From assembly GCA_021432655.1 (NCBI GenBank), contig MU271184.1:124001-188000 (forward strand): a DNA stretch of 64,000 nt. The letters are read 5' to 3'. This DNA comes from Atractiella rhizophila (lineage: Eukaryota). Below are positions 24,625 through 36,050 of this stretch, in pieces. How positions within the stretch are numbered: position 1 is the stretch's first letter; each line of letters begins with the position of its first letter. A program made the position numbers and the translations under genes. The notes under the pieces were generated by a model that was not told the origin of the DNA, searched no databases, and saw nothing but the letters and a program-made list of their open reading frames with translations.

Positions 24625-25745
24625 TTAAAAAGTATCGTCCCATGCGAGAACGCCTGTAATCGAAAGTGGAACGTTCCCGTAAACCCATTTCGAAAATAAC
24701 CGCCCGCCCATTCGATGTCTTCCGACTTTCTTGAAGACATGCATTTGGATTTGGCACAACCGAATGCTAGGATCGATGGTATTCGAGTCCCAGTAAATAA
24801 ATCTCTGAAACATTGAGTCTGTTGGCATGAGGAAGAAGGAATCTCCGCCCCGAATTTGCGTCGTCACGCTTGCCCCCGAGGACGTCAAGACATTGAGGAG
24901 CTCCAGGCCTTCCACGAAACCCCAACCATGGCCGAAAATTCGCAATCTCCTCAATTTCCTCAATGCTTTCTTTTCTCTCTCCCCAAACTGGCCCTTCAAT
25001 GCTTTCAGGACCATCTTTGCCTTCCATTGTTCATTATTACCCACACAGAGTGCCAACGTTTCTAAGGTATCGGGCAGAACCTTAAGTGCACTTCTTCCGT
25101 CCAGAGCATTCCCGCCATCTTCCCAGCCTCGCCGTCGTCCAAGCTGAAGATTAGAGTAAGGTGGAAATCCATGATATCAGCTGCGTGCCAACTGATCCAC
25201 AACCCCCTCAGGCTTGGAAAGGAAGCCAAAGCTTTCCCTAAGGCTATTGAAGTGGCTTTTCCGCACGTCGAAGTGCCTCCTTCAGTTAGTTCCTCGGAAT
25301 CCTTTTCGAAAACCCAAGAGACATTTTTCACTCGCTGCCTCATCTCCATTTCCGCCCCTACTTGCGTTAACCACTCAATCGCTTTGAAACTGGGATACCC
25401 CTCCCGCTTAACCTTTGTACTGGCAGATATGCAAATAGTATGCAACCAGCATTGCAGTGCTGCCATTCGGAAGTCGTAGCAAACAAGTGAAAGTAGTCGG
25501 AATGAGGAATACGAATAGGATCGCGGCCAGGAGGAGTACCAAATTGGAGAACTGGCCTGTACAATTTTGTAAGTAAGGTGTCAGGATGCCGCTATTGACA
25601 GAACCGACAGAACCTCAACTTGGAGGGAGGAGGGAACTGAGCCTTCGGAATCTGGAAGCCTGTCCTGAAGGTCAAGGAGGAGCAACTTGATGATGAGAGA
25701 GAGCAGTTCGAATGGAAGATAGTGGATGGACGCCATCTGTACCAT
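24625..25745 (-). pseudogene. F-box-like protein
   Basis: N-terminal SIHYLPFELLSLII F-box-like start. In-frame stop at ~25581, downstream ORF pieces in several frames. Confidence 0.5.
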
Positions 25746-26071
25746 AGCTCCACCAATGCTGAGCAGATGAAACTCGGAGCTTGAGAGAAAGAGGACCACG
25801 ACACGTTTTCTCGCCTCTGTCCAGAGATCAGTTGTAATGACCTTCGTCCTTTATCGGGCAGCGATGTCGTTTTGATCCACCGTATGCGAATGGCCATTTG
25901 ATCCACCGTAAGAACCCCCAACGAGCGGGCGAAGAACTGAGTTAGTCCCAACGTACGCTTCTGGTTAATGCGCAAGGTCCTCTTTCCGCTTCCCTTTAAA
26001 AGAGCTGGGATTCACCAAGTACCCAGCAGACGACGTATAGAATTGCTACAACTACGGTCAAGAACTCCGCC

Positions 26072-28153
26072 ATGTCGCGTTCACCAAGCTCGTCATCGGT
26101 TTCTTTCGTCCCTTCGCCACACCTTACCTGCGCGAATACAACCAATGGTTCCGCGTCCTAGCACCCAGACTTGCCTTATCACTGCAATCTCGCCAATTCG
26201 ATAGTTTCCCTCTCTCCGCGAGGACTGACTAATCGTGACCTTGGGCTCCAACAGTCTCCCTCCACTGAGGTTGCGGGTCTCTTCAATGGAGTGAAAGGGA
26301 GCAGGACCAACAATTCGCAGATAGGTGCCTATGGCGGCGCTCACAGTTCTCAGCATCATGTACCTTGGATGCAAGAAGAGCATGAGGCGACTCTGCAGGC
26401 GACGCAGAGCGGTGATGATGAGGGCTGTCTAAAGCCTTTACCTCCAGGTCCGGTTTTTCTCCCTACCTTCGCTTAACGCGACAGACAGCTCATTAATAGG
26501 GTGTTGGGGAGTGTGCGCCTCATTCCTGCTCAATTCTCCAAGTACCTTACTTTGCTCATGCGGTGCTTGTGATATGGTGGATAGAATGGTGCCCACCAGC
26601 CCAACCCTTTGCAGCCAACCCATCCCTTTCAACCAGCCTCCGACAGAGAGACTTACCATTGGAAGAGCAAAAAACAATTGCGTTTGCTTGGACGCGAAGA
26701 TTATTTCTAATTTCCATTGCGAGATTTGGATAGATCACAATGGGGACGTTTGGTTGAAGGATACGTCGTCGAATGGAACGTATGTACGGCAGAGTAAAGT
26801 CGGGAACGAAATACTTACAATACTCAAGCACGGGGATAAGGTGACCGTTAATATTCTGTCGATGACGTTTTTGCTCATGAGCTACGTAGGTTAAACTCGG
26901 AAGTCACTCGGAAGGATATGGTGGACTTCCTTTTACTTTCCCACCACTGCAGGTATTGACCGTCTGCGATGTAGGTTTTCGTTGGCAAGACCCGAATGAA
27001 CCTCTCCCTCAGGATCCCTTGCCATTCTGCGGAGGTATTTGGTTGGAGGAAGTATGATTTCATTGAGTCTCTTAGAATGTCCGCAGCTCTCTTTCTTGCT
27101 ATGTCGTCTCATATTTACTTCATTGTGACAGGAATTCTTTTGGGAAGGTATGTCGCGTGATCGAGCGTGGGACGAGCAATGTACTAGCCGTGGAGCACTT
27201 CAAGAAGTCGAGACTGAAGTCTGAAACGAGCAAAGGAATGTTTGAGAAAGAGATGGCGATCCTCAACGAGATTAACCATCCAAACGTCGTCAAGCTTATC
27301 GAATGCTTTGACGATGACAATGACCTTTGTCTGGTCCGTGAATACGTTAATGGTGGAGACCTCCTCAGTTACATCTCAAAACGCGGAGGTTTATTCGAGG
27401 AAGACGCGAGGCAGATTGCTAAAATGCTCTTCCCAGCTATCGCTGCTTTTCACGCCAAAAAGATTGTTCACCGGGATCTCAAGCCGGGTAGCATTCTCAT
27501 TACTCATGTAATAAACCCTGTCGTGAAGATTGTAGATTTTGGCTTAGCGAAGATGCTTCAGGAAAGCGAGTTGAGGACGACTTGGTACACCTCGCCTTGC
27601 CACCCCTTTGACCCCGTTGCTGATAATGGATCTGTAAAGGGTGGCTCCAGAGGCCATCGCGAAGGAATTTGGTCCGTATACCGATAAATGTGATGCATGG
27701 GGTCTAGGCCTGGTAATCCTCTCCTGCATGATCAACGCCCTTCCTTTTGACCCCGAAAACTCGGAAGTACCTCTCGCCACGCGTCTTGAGAGGCGTGTAC
27801 CCAAGTGGACGGATTTGCCAGACGGCACTTTCTCCCGAATGTATGACATCTCATTGATACATTGCTGCGTTGTGTTGAAGTGTTGTACAGGTTACAACTT
27901 CCTCTATCGGCTATGCAGACAAAGGGTAGACGAGCGGATGAGCGTTACAGAAGTTTGTCAACACCCTTGGATCCTGGACGACGCGAATCTTCGAGTGTGG
28001 AAACCTGTACCACTGGAGCCATCCTTCCCCAAAGGATGGCTTCTGGAGTCGCTTGCTCCCAATCCATCGTACACTGCAACGAAAAGCATCCAGCTCATCC
28101 CAGAAGGCGACGGGTCCCCCTCCGAGTCTTCTCCACCTACAACCGAAGACTAA
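26072..28153 (+). pseudogene. FHA + kinase, Rad53/Chk2/Cds1-like (copy 2)
   Basis: ATQ-containing N-terminus. FHA: LTIGRAKNN..IISNFHCEI..LKDTSSNGTYV..LKHGDK. Kinase 27130-27980 near-identical to copy 1. TAG at ~26159, VAVK lysine replaced by E. Confidence 0.85.
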
Positions 28154-30072
28154 CTCCTTGTTGAAGATTCGACCGTGGATATGTCAGAAAACACTCCACA
28201 CTCTCCCGGACCCTGAGGGTTCTAACTGAATTGTTTATCCGTTCTTTCCCAAATACCTCTTGTTGAATGATTCGACTGAAGACAGGACGTCCCAAGGGCT
28301 TCGTACAACCGAGAATCAAATTCTCTACTAACAATGGCTTCACCTGTACCCCAGAGGCTAGCCGTTCCATCGAAGAGGCCTTGTCGTGGTGAACTGCGTA
28401 TACTGAAATGGCTGTGACAATAGAGTAAAATTACCTCTGACAGAAGCTCCAAATTATCATGGACGTTTAAAATCGATCTGAAATAATATTCGAGTCTGCC
28501 TTTCCTCCATCAAGGTGGGGACTGCGAGGTTCATCCTTGTCTTCAAGGGAGAGCGCGTCAAACAGATGTGTTGCGGTTTTGCCGTCATCACGTCCTAACC
28601 ATCCCACTCAATCTCTCCTCGTCTCCTCAGTCTCCAACAAACATCCTCCACCGACTCCCTCATTCATCATTCAAATTCTTGGGAGAAGACCTAAAACTAT
28701 AGATTCAAATCCTCGCCGTGGGAAACTCGAGGCATCGGTAGGGTAAATATTTTGTAACAATGAGTTCATTTGGTAATATGTTGACGGCGCCCCGATCCGG
28801 CTATGGGTCCTCAACTCATTGTTGGGGTACATTTGGTGGCACTTGGACTCTGCTCAGGATTAGATTGTTGACGACTCGTGGAAGCTTGCGATAATCTTTG
28901 CTGCTGCAGTAAGCCACGAGGGGCCAGCACTTAACGGTTGTGTTCAGAACTGTGTCCAGAACTCTTCCGTTGATGCAAATGTAGGCTTTAGCAAGATGAA
29001 GAGAGCTCTTAGGAACATCCTGTTGGGTGTAAATTAGGAAATTACCTGACATTCGTGCCTTTCCATACTATCCATGTCCATGAGATAGACAATTCTCTCA
29101 CGCTAGCGATTGAACGGAGGAACAGGCACCTTTAAGTGATCCATCCACCGCATTATCCCACTTTTGCCTTCCTCAAAAGCGAAAGCGCTGCCGATCCAAC
29201 TGCCAAAGCCTGACCAAGAGCTTCCCGTCGAAAGCGTGCACGATCTCCAGCAAGTCCCCGATGCCAGACACATAACAGGACGAAGTTTTGATGTCAGGCA
29301 TGATACTTTATGCCTCCAGGAGGCTGAAACAAACAAGGCTGTCACTTGCTGATGATCAAAAGCGCATTAATATTTCATTGTAATGCATTCGTTTCAGACC
29401 TTGGAATCAACAGACAACCCATCTGACTTTCCAGCAAAAACAAGGGGCGTTTCGTCAGCCGAAGAGGTTCAAACCCACGTTGAAACTTTCATATCACTTC
29501 TTTCTCTTTGACTTCAAAATAGCAAGTGAACTTCAACCCATCAATAGCATGACTCCACAATAACTCGTCCATTAGCCCCTGAGGGCAATTCGAAGGGTTT
29601 GGATGCAGGAGGGTTCGGACGTAGGCATGTTTGTTCAGGGGAGTGAATTGGCAAGGAGTTAGACGTTTCACAATTTCACACTGGAGGAACGGTTGGGTTT
29701 GTAATTGAGAAGGAATGCGATTGCTTGTCTCGGGGGTTTTGGATGATGTGTGGTGGCGAACAGGAAATGAAGGTTTTGATAAGAAGATGCCGCGGTAATT
29801 TTGGATAATCGGATCCAGAAATGACCGAGGAAAGGGTTCGGTTGGAGGAAAATGAATGAGAAAAGTGGGGTATTCATGAGGTATTGTTATGGAAGGGGGG
29901 TTGAATGGAGGGTAGGGTAGTAAGGTTATGAATACATGGGTAGAGGCTAGGAAGGCGCTAAAGGAACACAAATGATGTTTTTAACGGAGTTGAGGGAATT
30001 AAGCAAGGATAATAAGGAACAGAAAGAGGGAGAGGATCGTTAGAGAAGGGAGAGGGAGGTAAGTATTAAAAA

Positions 30073-30812
30073 TGTCACAGCTTGGAGCGGGAAAGCTTGG
30101 AGCGGGAAAGCTTGGAGCGGGAAAGCTTGGAGCGGGAAAGCTTGGAGCGGGAAAGCTTGGAGCGGGAAAGCTTGGAGCGGGAAAGCTTGGAGCGGAAAGC
30201 TTGGAGCGGGAAAGCTTGGAGCGGGAAAGCTTGGAGCGGGAAAAGGGAGGAATTGAGAAGTTTTCTGGCCAACATCCTAGCCTACCATAAGGAGCAGAAG
30301 GGGAGAGAATAGGGGATATTTCAAAGTATGGTTGAAAGAGAGGATGAAGTGGGAGAGGTCAAGGAGGTAGAATGGTATATCCCAATGAAGGCTATGGAGT
30401 GGTTTGAGAGGTTGCTCCAGGGGACAATCACGTTCTGTATACACTTCAACAACGAAGGAGGAAGATGAGGGTTCATGGACAAGTTGGTAGTCACCGGAAG
30501 AAGCGTGAAAATAGGTGAGGAGGCACTTGCACCACCAAGAATGCAGCTGCAGCAAGGTCTTACGAGTATCAGGAATTGGAGGCACTGATAGACGAATACG
30601 GAAGCGAGGGACAGGGAACTCAAAAAGAGGGTTTCGCTTGACCCATCAAACCCAGAATCCCAGCTGGTTCTGTAATACATCTCATATGATCTCCAAGTCA
30701 AGTCATGGTTCGTAGCCCTCCCAAACGATTACTAGAACAAACCTGTGCTAGCTCAGAAACTCAAGGATTCCTTCCTGCGAATATCCGAACCAACCTCATC
30801 GGCCTTATGACA
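30073..30812 (+). mobile_element. Putative LTR of a Ty3/gypsy element
   Basis: Begins TGTCA and ends TGACA, followed by degenerate gag/protease sequence. Second LTR not identified. Confidence 0.45.
30079..30242 (+). repeat. 15-bp minisatellite (AGCTTGGAGCGGGAA) x11
   Basis: Ten perfect units and one 14-bp unit (30184-30197). Confidence 0.97.
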
Positions 30813-33800
30813 GTTAGAGAAGTAGCGGATACGGTTGCGAAGCTGTCGAAGGTGAGCCTGGGCCGGACCTAGGAAAGCAAGAAAGGAAAAAGAGGAGCGA
30901 TTGAAAGAGAAGGGGGAGAGAGCATGGGAGAAGGAGGAGATGTTCGTGATATGGAAAAGCAGTAAGATGTCATTTAAACCTTGAACGACACAGCAACCCT
31001 TCCAGCAACCCTTTATGCAGAACCGTCCGAACCCATTATTTCAAGAACGTCCCCTCACAACGCACCAAACAATCATTGAACCACAACTATCCTCGCCCCT
31101 AATTCCAACCAGAATCGAACACGAAGTGTGGAGAACCTACCTTTCGAAGGAGTGGGCGGCATACAATGCCATGTTCAAACGATTCATTGACAGGGGCATA
31201 GCAGCATGTCCCCTACATCCATTTCCCCTCTTACCGGGAACCCTTCCAGCCAACTCGAACAACTGCAACATTTACGGTATAGAATGAGGAGGTAGAAGCC
31301 ACCGTTGTAATATGCCACCGGTCCCCAAATTGAAAAGCAATTTCGAAGGAGCTGCAGGAGCTGGAAGTTCTTCATGATTCAAGACGGCGAGTAGAGGTCG
31401 GTGGAATGGGAAGGGGACAAGGAGGCGGAGGATGAAGTGGCGGAAAGATGGGAGTGCACATTCATCGCACAAGAATCTCAAAGTCGAAAACGACGAAGAA
31501 AGGCAAGTACATACCCCCTGCAAACCGATGCAGTCCACTCATCATCTTCCGTATCCAGCACCTAAGGCAAGGCTAGATGAGGTGGCAGGATGGTAAAACA
31601 TTCTAGAGAAAAGGGAAATGTCTGCCGTTACTTCCATCAAGAATAAAATCTCCTCGTTCATCAAATAGATGGGTCGTTCCTGCCTGGCCGAAGAAGTTAG
31701 TAGAGGGCTTAGAGAGAAGAGGGATAGAAAAATTCCTAGCGTTGGTCCCCTCTAGCGGCGCAGGTCTTGTCAACGTTTCAAATGGAATTTCAGCGGGCAA
31801 CGACTGGGGGGGGAGGGTTCAGGCTCTTGCCTAAGCCTTGTAAGAGCACACCCTCCGAGACCACCACTCACCAGTACTGGTTGGGAGAGAGCGCTGATGA
31901 ACATAACACACTATCTCTCCCGTCAGATGAATTGGACCGAGAGATATCACCACCTTATATCCCATCCGATACACAAACACTAACACCAAGAAAACTAAGT
32001 TCCTCATCAACAACAGTCACAGCCAATAGCGAGGCAACAACCAAAGCACATTCAACAACAGGCAAACCCAGCATAGGTACAGCAACAGAACGTACGGAAA
32101 CAGTGCTAGTCACAGATACCCCTCTAGCTGCATTAGTCGACTCAGAATCAAGAATGGAATCAACGAAAGCCTACCGAAAATCAGAACAAGACAACAGGCG
32201 AGATTCCGTCAGCTACCACCGCTACCCCCTTCGCCATTGGCCGCATTAAACCGAGCAGTGTGCACGAGGACGAAGGAATACCAATCGTAACCGAAGAACA
32301 GAGACAGTTGGCACAAGGATATGAACTGCTGCGAAAGGCTCCTCGAGAGATGACAACGGAAGAACTGACAGAAGCACTAAAAAAGTGGACAAGAGGGAAG
32401 TTGTTTTGCATCACTATTGAAGTTGGAACAGCATAGACAGGGCCGCTAGAAGGGTTTCATATCAACATGTGTGATCATAGATGAGGGGCAACCAGAAATT
32501 TGATGAGCAAGGACTTTTATCTAAAGAACCAAAGACACCTGCCCCCCCCTCCTTCCATCAGACAGTGCGTTGATAATTGGGAATGAATCAGTAGCGCTAT
32601 CAATTTGGCAGGATAACGACTCAATCAGCAGTTATCAGCGGCCCACAACTAGCCGAGACCCAGTTCGAGATCCTGAACGCAGGGCGAGCGTTTGATGTAC
32701 TCCTCAGCAAAGGATGGAAAGAAGACATGGAAGCGATTCACTTCTACAAATGGGACATCATATGCTTCATACCAACGGATGACAGGAAGACTTGGAAATG
32801 TTATAGGAACAAAAGGATTGGACCAACTCAACTACCTCGAAACCTCCCATCACACCCCCTCAACATCATCAAATTACTCACCTCCAGAACCATATTCTAC
32901 TTTGACACCACCACCAACCATGACACCGATTTATCCTCCACATTCCAAATCATCGACAACTCTCGCGAAATAGATGAAGAAGTATTTGCGCTGGAGCAAT
33001 ACAAGAAAATCCTGGATCATCCTCTCTGTCCAGATTCCCGTTGGATCAAAGATACTAGTAGGGGACGAACTGAGTGCCGATTCGACGGGCAAGCTAAAGG
33101 GGAGGGAGTGGAGGCTAGCCAGCCATCAAGAGAACCAACTCCCTTTCCACCAGTCAAAGCACCACGCCCCTGTACTGTGCGTCCACAGTGGTACCGACAG
33201 TGTCCGAAGGGTTTTTTTCACCCTCAGCTATTGACGTCATGTTCTTTTTGAACTTTCTGGACTACCGTGCTTACCAATGTTTGCCACTTACTGTAAAGGT
33301 ATAAAAGCACTAGATTCTTTATTGTAATATTATGAACTTGTAATTTCGTCAGGGCTGGCCAGGACTGGTGCTTAGCCCACTACACCATCTTCCCCTCACT
33401 CACAATATCCGGAGCATTGAACATGTCATGGGACATTGCATTATTGCTGTGACATGATGTCCAGGACACCAGTTGCAGAAGCAGGCAGAGAAATCTCTGA
33501 CTCCTTGATGGAAACTGAAGGTTTGAGGGACAAGTCATTTCAGGAAGCGTTATCTTGACCAAGCTGGGCAGCCTTGTTGAAAATGATGCTAAGGTGCAGG
33601 GATTGATTAAGTGCTTTAATGGAGACAACATTTTTGAGGGAGTGTTACATCCTGTTTTGTTCCTCACCTTGAAAGAAGGCACTCCAGACCACCTTCAGGA
33701 CATTACTTGTCAATGTGCAAACTCTTATATCCACCTCAATGGTGAACTATTCTTCATCCAGAAAGGAAGGGAATACTGCTGTGTCCCCAAGAAGAAGTGA

Positions 33801-34110
33801 AAAGCCTAGTCATAGCAACTCATGAGAAGCAATGACATGGAGAGCAAGACCTAGGTAGGAACCATTGCACACTTCATACCTCCCTCCAGGCCTCCACAAA
33901 TGGCTTCCTTAAGAACAAAACACATATACCTTGCGTGCTGCCACAAGAATGCACCCCCAAGTGAAACAGATGCGAACAGCACCTGGGCATTTAGGATGGA
34001 GGACACCTCCCTCAATAGAGACCGCACAGGAAGCCATGGCTTCATGCCCACAGAGCTGGTACACGGCTGGAACCTGTCCACACGCCAATCACTGACAATG
34101 GAAGATGTTT
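30813..34110 (+). mobile_element. Degenerate Ty3/gypsy internal region(s): gag-like, aspartic protease, pol/integrase remnants
   Basis: VIID(E)GATRNLMSK across a frameshift (~32470). FEILNAGRAFDVLLSKGWKEDMEAIHFY (~32660-32750). Integrase-like WAFR..TGSHGFMPTELVHG (~33985-34070). Many stops. Confidence 0.55.
33241..33351 (+). repeat. Dispersed repeat (LTR-like piece), inverted copy at 45623-45733
   Basis: TGCTTACCAATGTTTGCCAC.TACTGTAAAGGTATAAAAGCACTAG.TTCTTTAT.GTAATA shared by both copies. Confidence 0.85.
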
Positions 34111-34134
34111 GAGACCTAGTCACGAAAGAGAAAG

Positions 34135-34374
34135 GGGGGATACGTAATATCGGGACCCGCCGTACGATGGAGGATGAGAAGGTCCCCATACGTAGGAGTG
34201 GGTGAGCTCTCCTGGCATCTCCGATCCTGTTGACGCTTTTTGGGGATAGGCTCCGTGTGCCTGCTTTGCTTGGATACAAGCTTCGCATTGGGAAGGTGAG
34301 CTCGTTTCCTCTACAGTCTACATTCATTCCTTCAACTAATCCCTTTTTGTGCAGTTCTTCTAATGTCTTTGGGT
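34135..34374 (-). mobile_element. Ty1/copia GAG-pre-integrase/integrase fragment
   Basis: LEELHKKGLVEGM, then in a shifted frame GELTHSYVWGP..SYGGSRYYV. Confidence 0.75.
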
Positions 34375-34399
34375 NNNNNNNNNNNNNNNNNNNNNNNNN
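34375..34399. other. Assembly gap (N run)
   Basis: 25 consecutive n. Confidence 1.
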
Positions 34400-34749
34400 C
34401 TTCTTTCGCTCTCTATTGCCGAATCTCTTACTGTTCACACAGTCACGGGAGCAGGGAGCCCGTAGGGGGGGCGGTCCCCGAAGCGGGGAACCTGGGGTCG
34501 GAGGCCGCCGGTGACGCACCTCGAGAACGGAGACCGTTCGGTGACGCACCCCGGAGCGGAAGCCGCTCTAGTCTCAATGTGAACAGGACGTTAACAGTTC
34601 ACACTTCTCATAACAGTCAGATAAACGTATGTAAGAACATCTAAGTTTTGAAGAGATATATGATGTAAGAGTCAAAAGAATAATAGTCAGGGAAGGTGAA
34701 CTACATTTATTTGAGATTCTAAGAAGTGTAAACTTCGAGAACTGTCAGG

Positions 34750-36050
34750 GCTGTATTTCAACAGGTACTCGTTTGTGTCCCCACAGGTTCATCTCCGGCT
34801 GTCAGAGTTGACTGACTGGAACACTGAACAACTATCACTCCGTCTTACGATTGAACTAACCCTTAACTTTGGCCGCATCCTGTTTCCCTTAGCTGCCTCA
34901 ACCGCGTCAACTTCCTCTCGATGTCACCCGAACCCATTGGGACTTGCCGCATTCGACTGCAATCAACAAATTACAGCCCTGAACAAGCCATCGCTGGAGA
35001 TAGGCCTTAAGATGACTGTTGAAAATCACTTCGATACTTGCAAGCCTTCACTGCAAGCTCCGAATTTCGTCTATCGCAGGAACGGTGACCACCCCAGTTG
35101 ACACTCTTGTCTCCACAAGCAGTCTGTCCAAACTTTGCATGAAGAAGTCTGTCACAATCGGTGTGATGAGGGAGATAGCTCAGGACGATGGCTACGCAAC
35201 AGCCCATTTCTTTACAGAGCCCAAGCACGGTTTCGACATGATGGAACAATGGGACGAAATGCGTGAAGGTGCTGGTGTCATGGCGCCTCGAGACGTGGAG
35301 CCTGCCATTCCTGAGGCGGTTGCCCAGCGTGGCGAAACTGAACTGGTCCTAGAGCAGCGTCACGATGTTCTGGCCATGATCCAAATTTGCGAACTATCTG
35401 CAGAGGCATCTTACGATCCCGTCCCAATAGTAGCCTTGAACACTCTAGACCCAGGCGCTTTCTCCCTCCGTCAAGGCTTGCAGCGTCGCTTGATCATTCG
35501 CTTGTCGCATAATTCTGGACGAAAATTCCCTTGGACCAAGTTTCTCAAAGTGGAACTCAGCAACGCCCGACTCCTCGATCCTCGCGGTAGATACACAGTA
35601 CTGAGCATGGAAAGGATACTATTTGTGATCCATCACACGACAAACATGCCAATTTCAGCCTGATGGCAGTAGTGAGCTCACTTTTGTCACTTCTTGTGAC
35701 AGTTCGGTTCATGAATCGATCTCCCGGGATCGTACCACTGCTCAAGGACACCATGCACTACTCGCACTCTCTTGGCAGGTTGACGTTCCTCACTGTAAAT
35801 AGCCTGTTACTTTTGTGATGGACATTGCTGTAACGATGGAGAACAGCGAGGCTCGTCCGCCTTCAGAGATCGCTTCTTTCCTAGTTCCATCATGACTTTG
35901 TCCATGCTCTCCTCCGGATTGGAAGCATTTATCAGGCCTGAATGTTGCTTTACTGCCAAAGCGCTCAATATAGCTATCTCCAGAGGGCATAGGTGGACCT
36001 TACAACACCGGGGAGAAAGAAATCAGAAACGCCTTTCATCCTGTGCGAGA
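34750..36050 (+). pseudogene. Kinesin-3 (UNC-104/KIF1-like) tail fragment, DUF3694 region
   Basis: EQRHDVLAMIQICELS..YDPVP..LDPGAFSLRQGLQRRLIIRLSHNSGRKFPW, then FQPDGSSEL..DSSVHES..LSWQV. Frameshifts and stops, no motor domain. Confidence 0.8.

Noticed and set aside
27075..28150. RIP-like hypermutation between the kinase copies
   Set aside because: Inspected differences include transversions and mixed contexts. No clear directional bias by eye.
28756..28823. 11-bp inverted repeat AACAATGAGTT/AACTCATTGTT
   Set aside because: Short and isolated, with no TSD or other support
28800..29970. Minus-strand ORF pieces (29489-29971, 29103-29345, 28816-29052)
   Set aside because: No recognisable family and many stops, so a call cannot be supported
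30072..30312. Repetitive ORFs (GAGKL)n, (ERESL)n, (SRSKL)n
   Set aside because: Translations of a 15-bp minisatellite. No spacers, so not a CRISPR array either.
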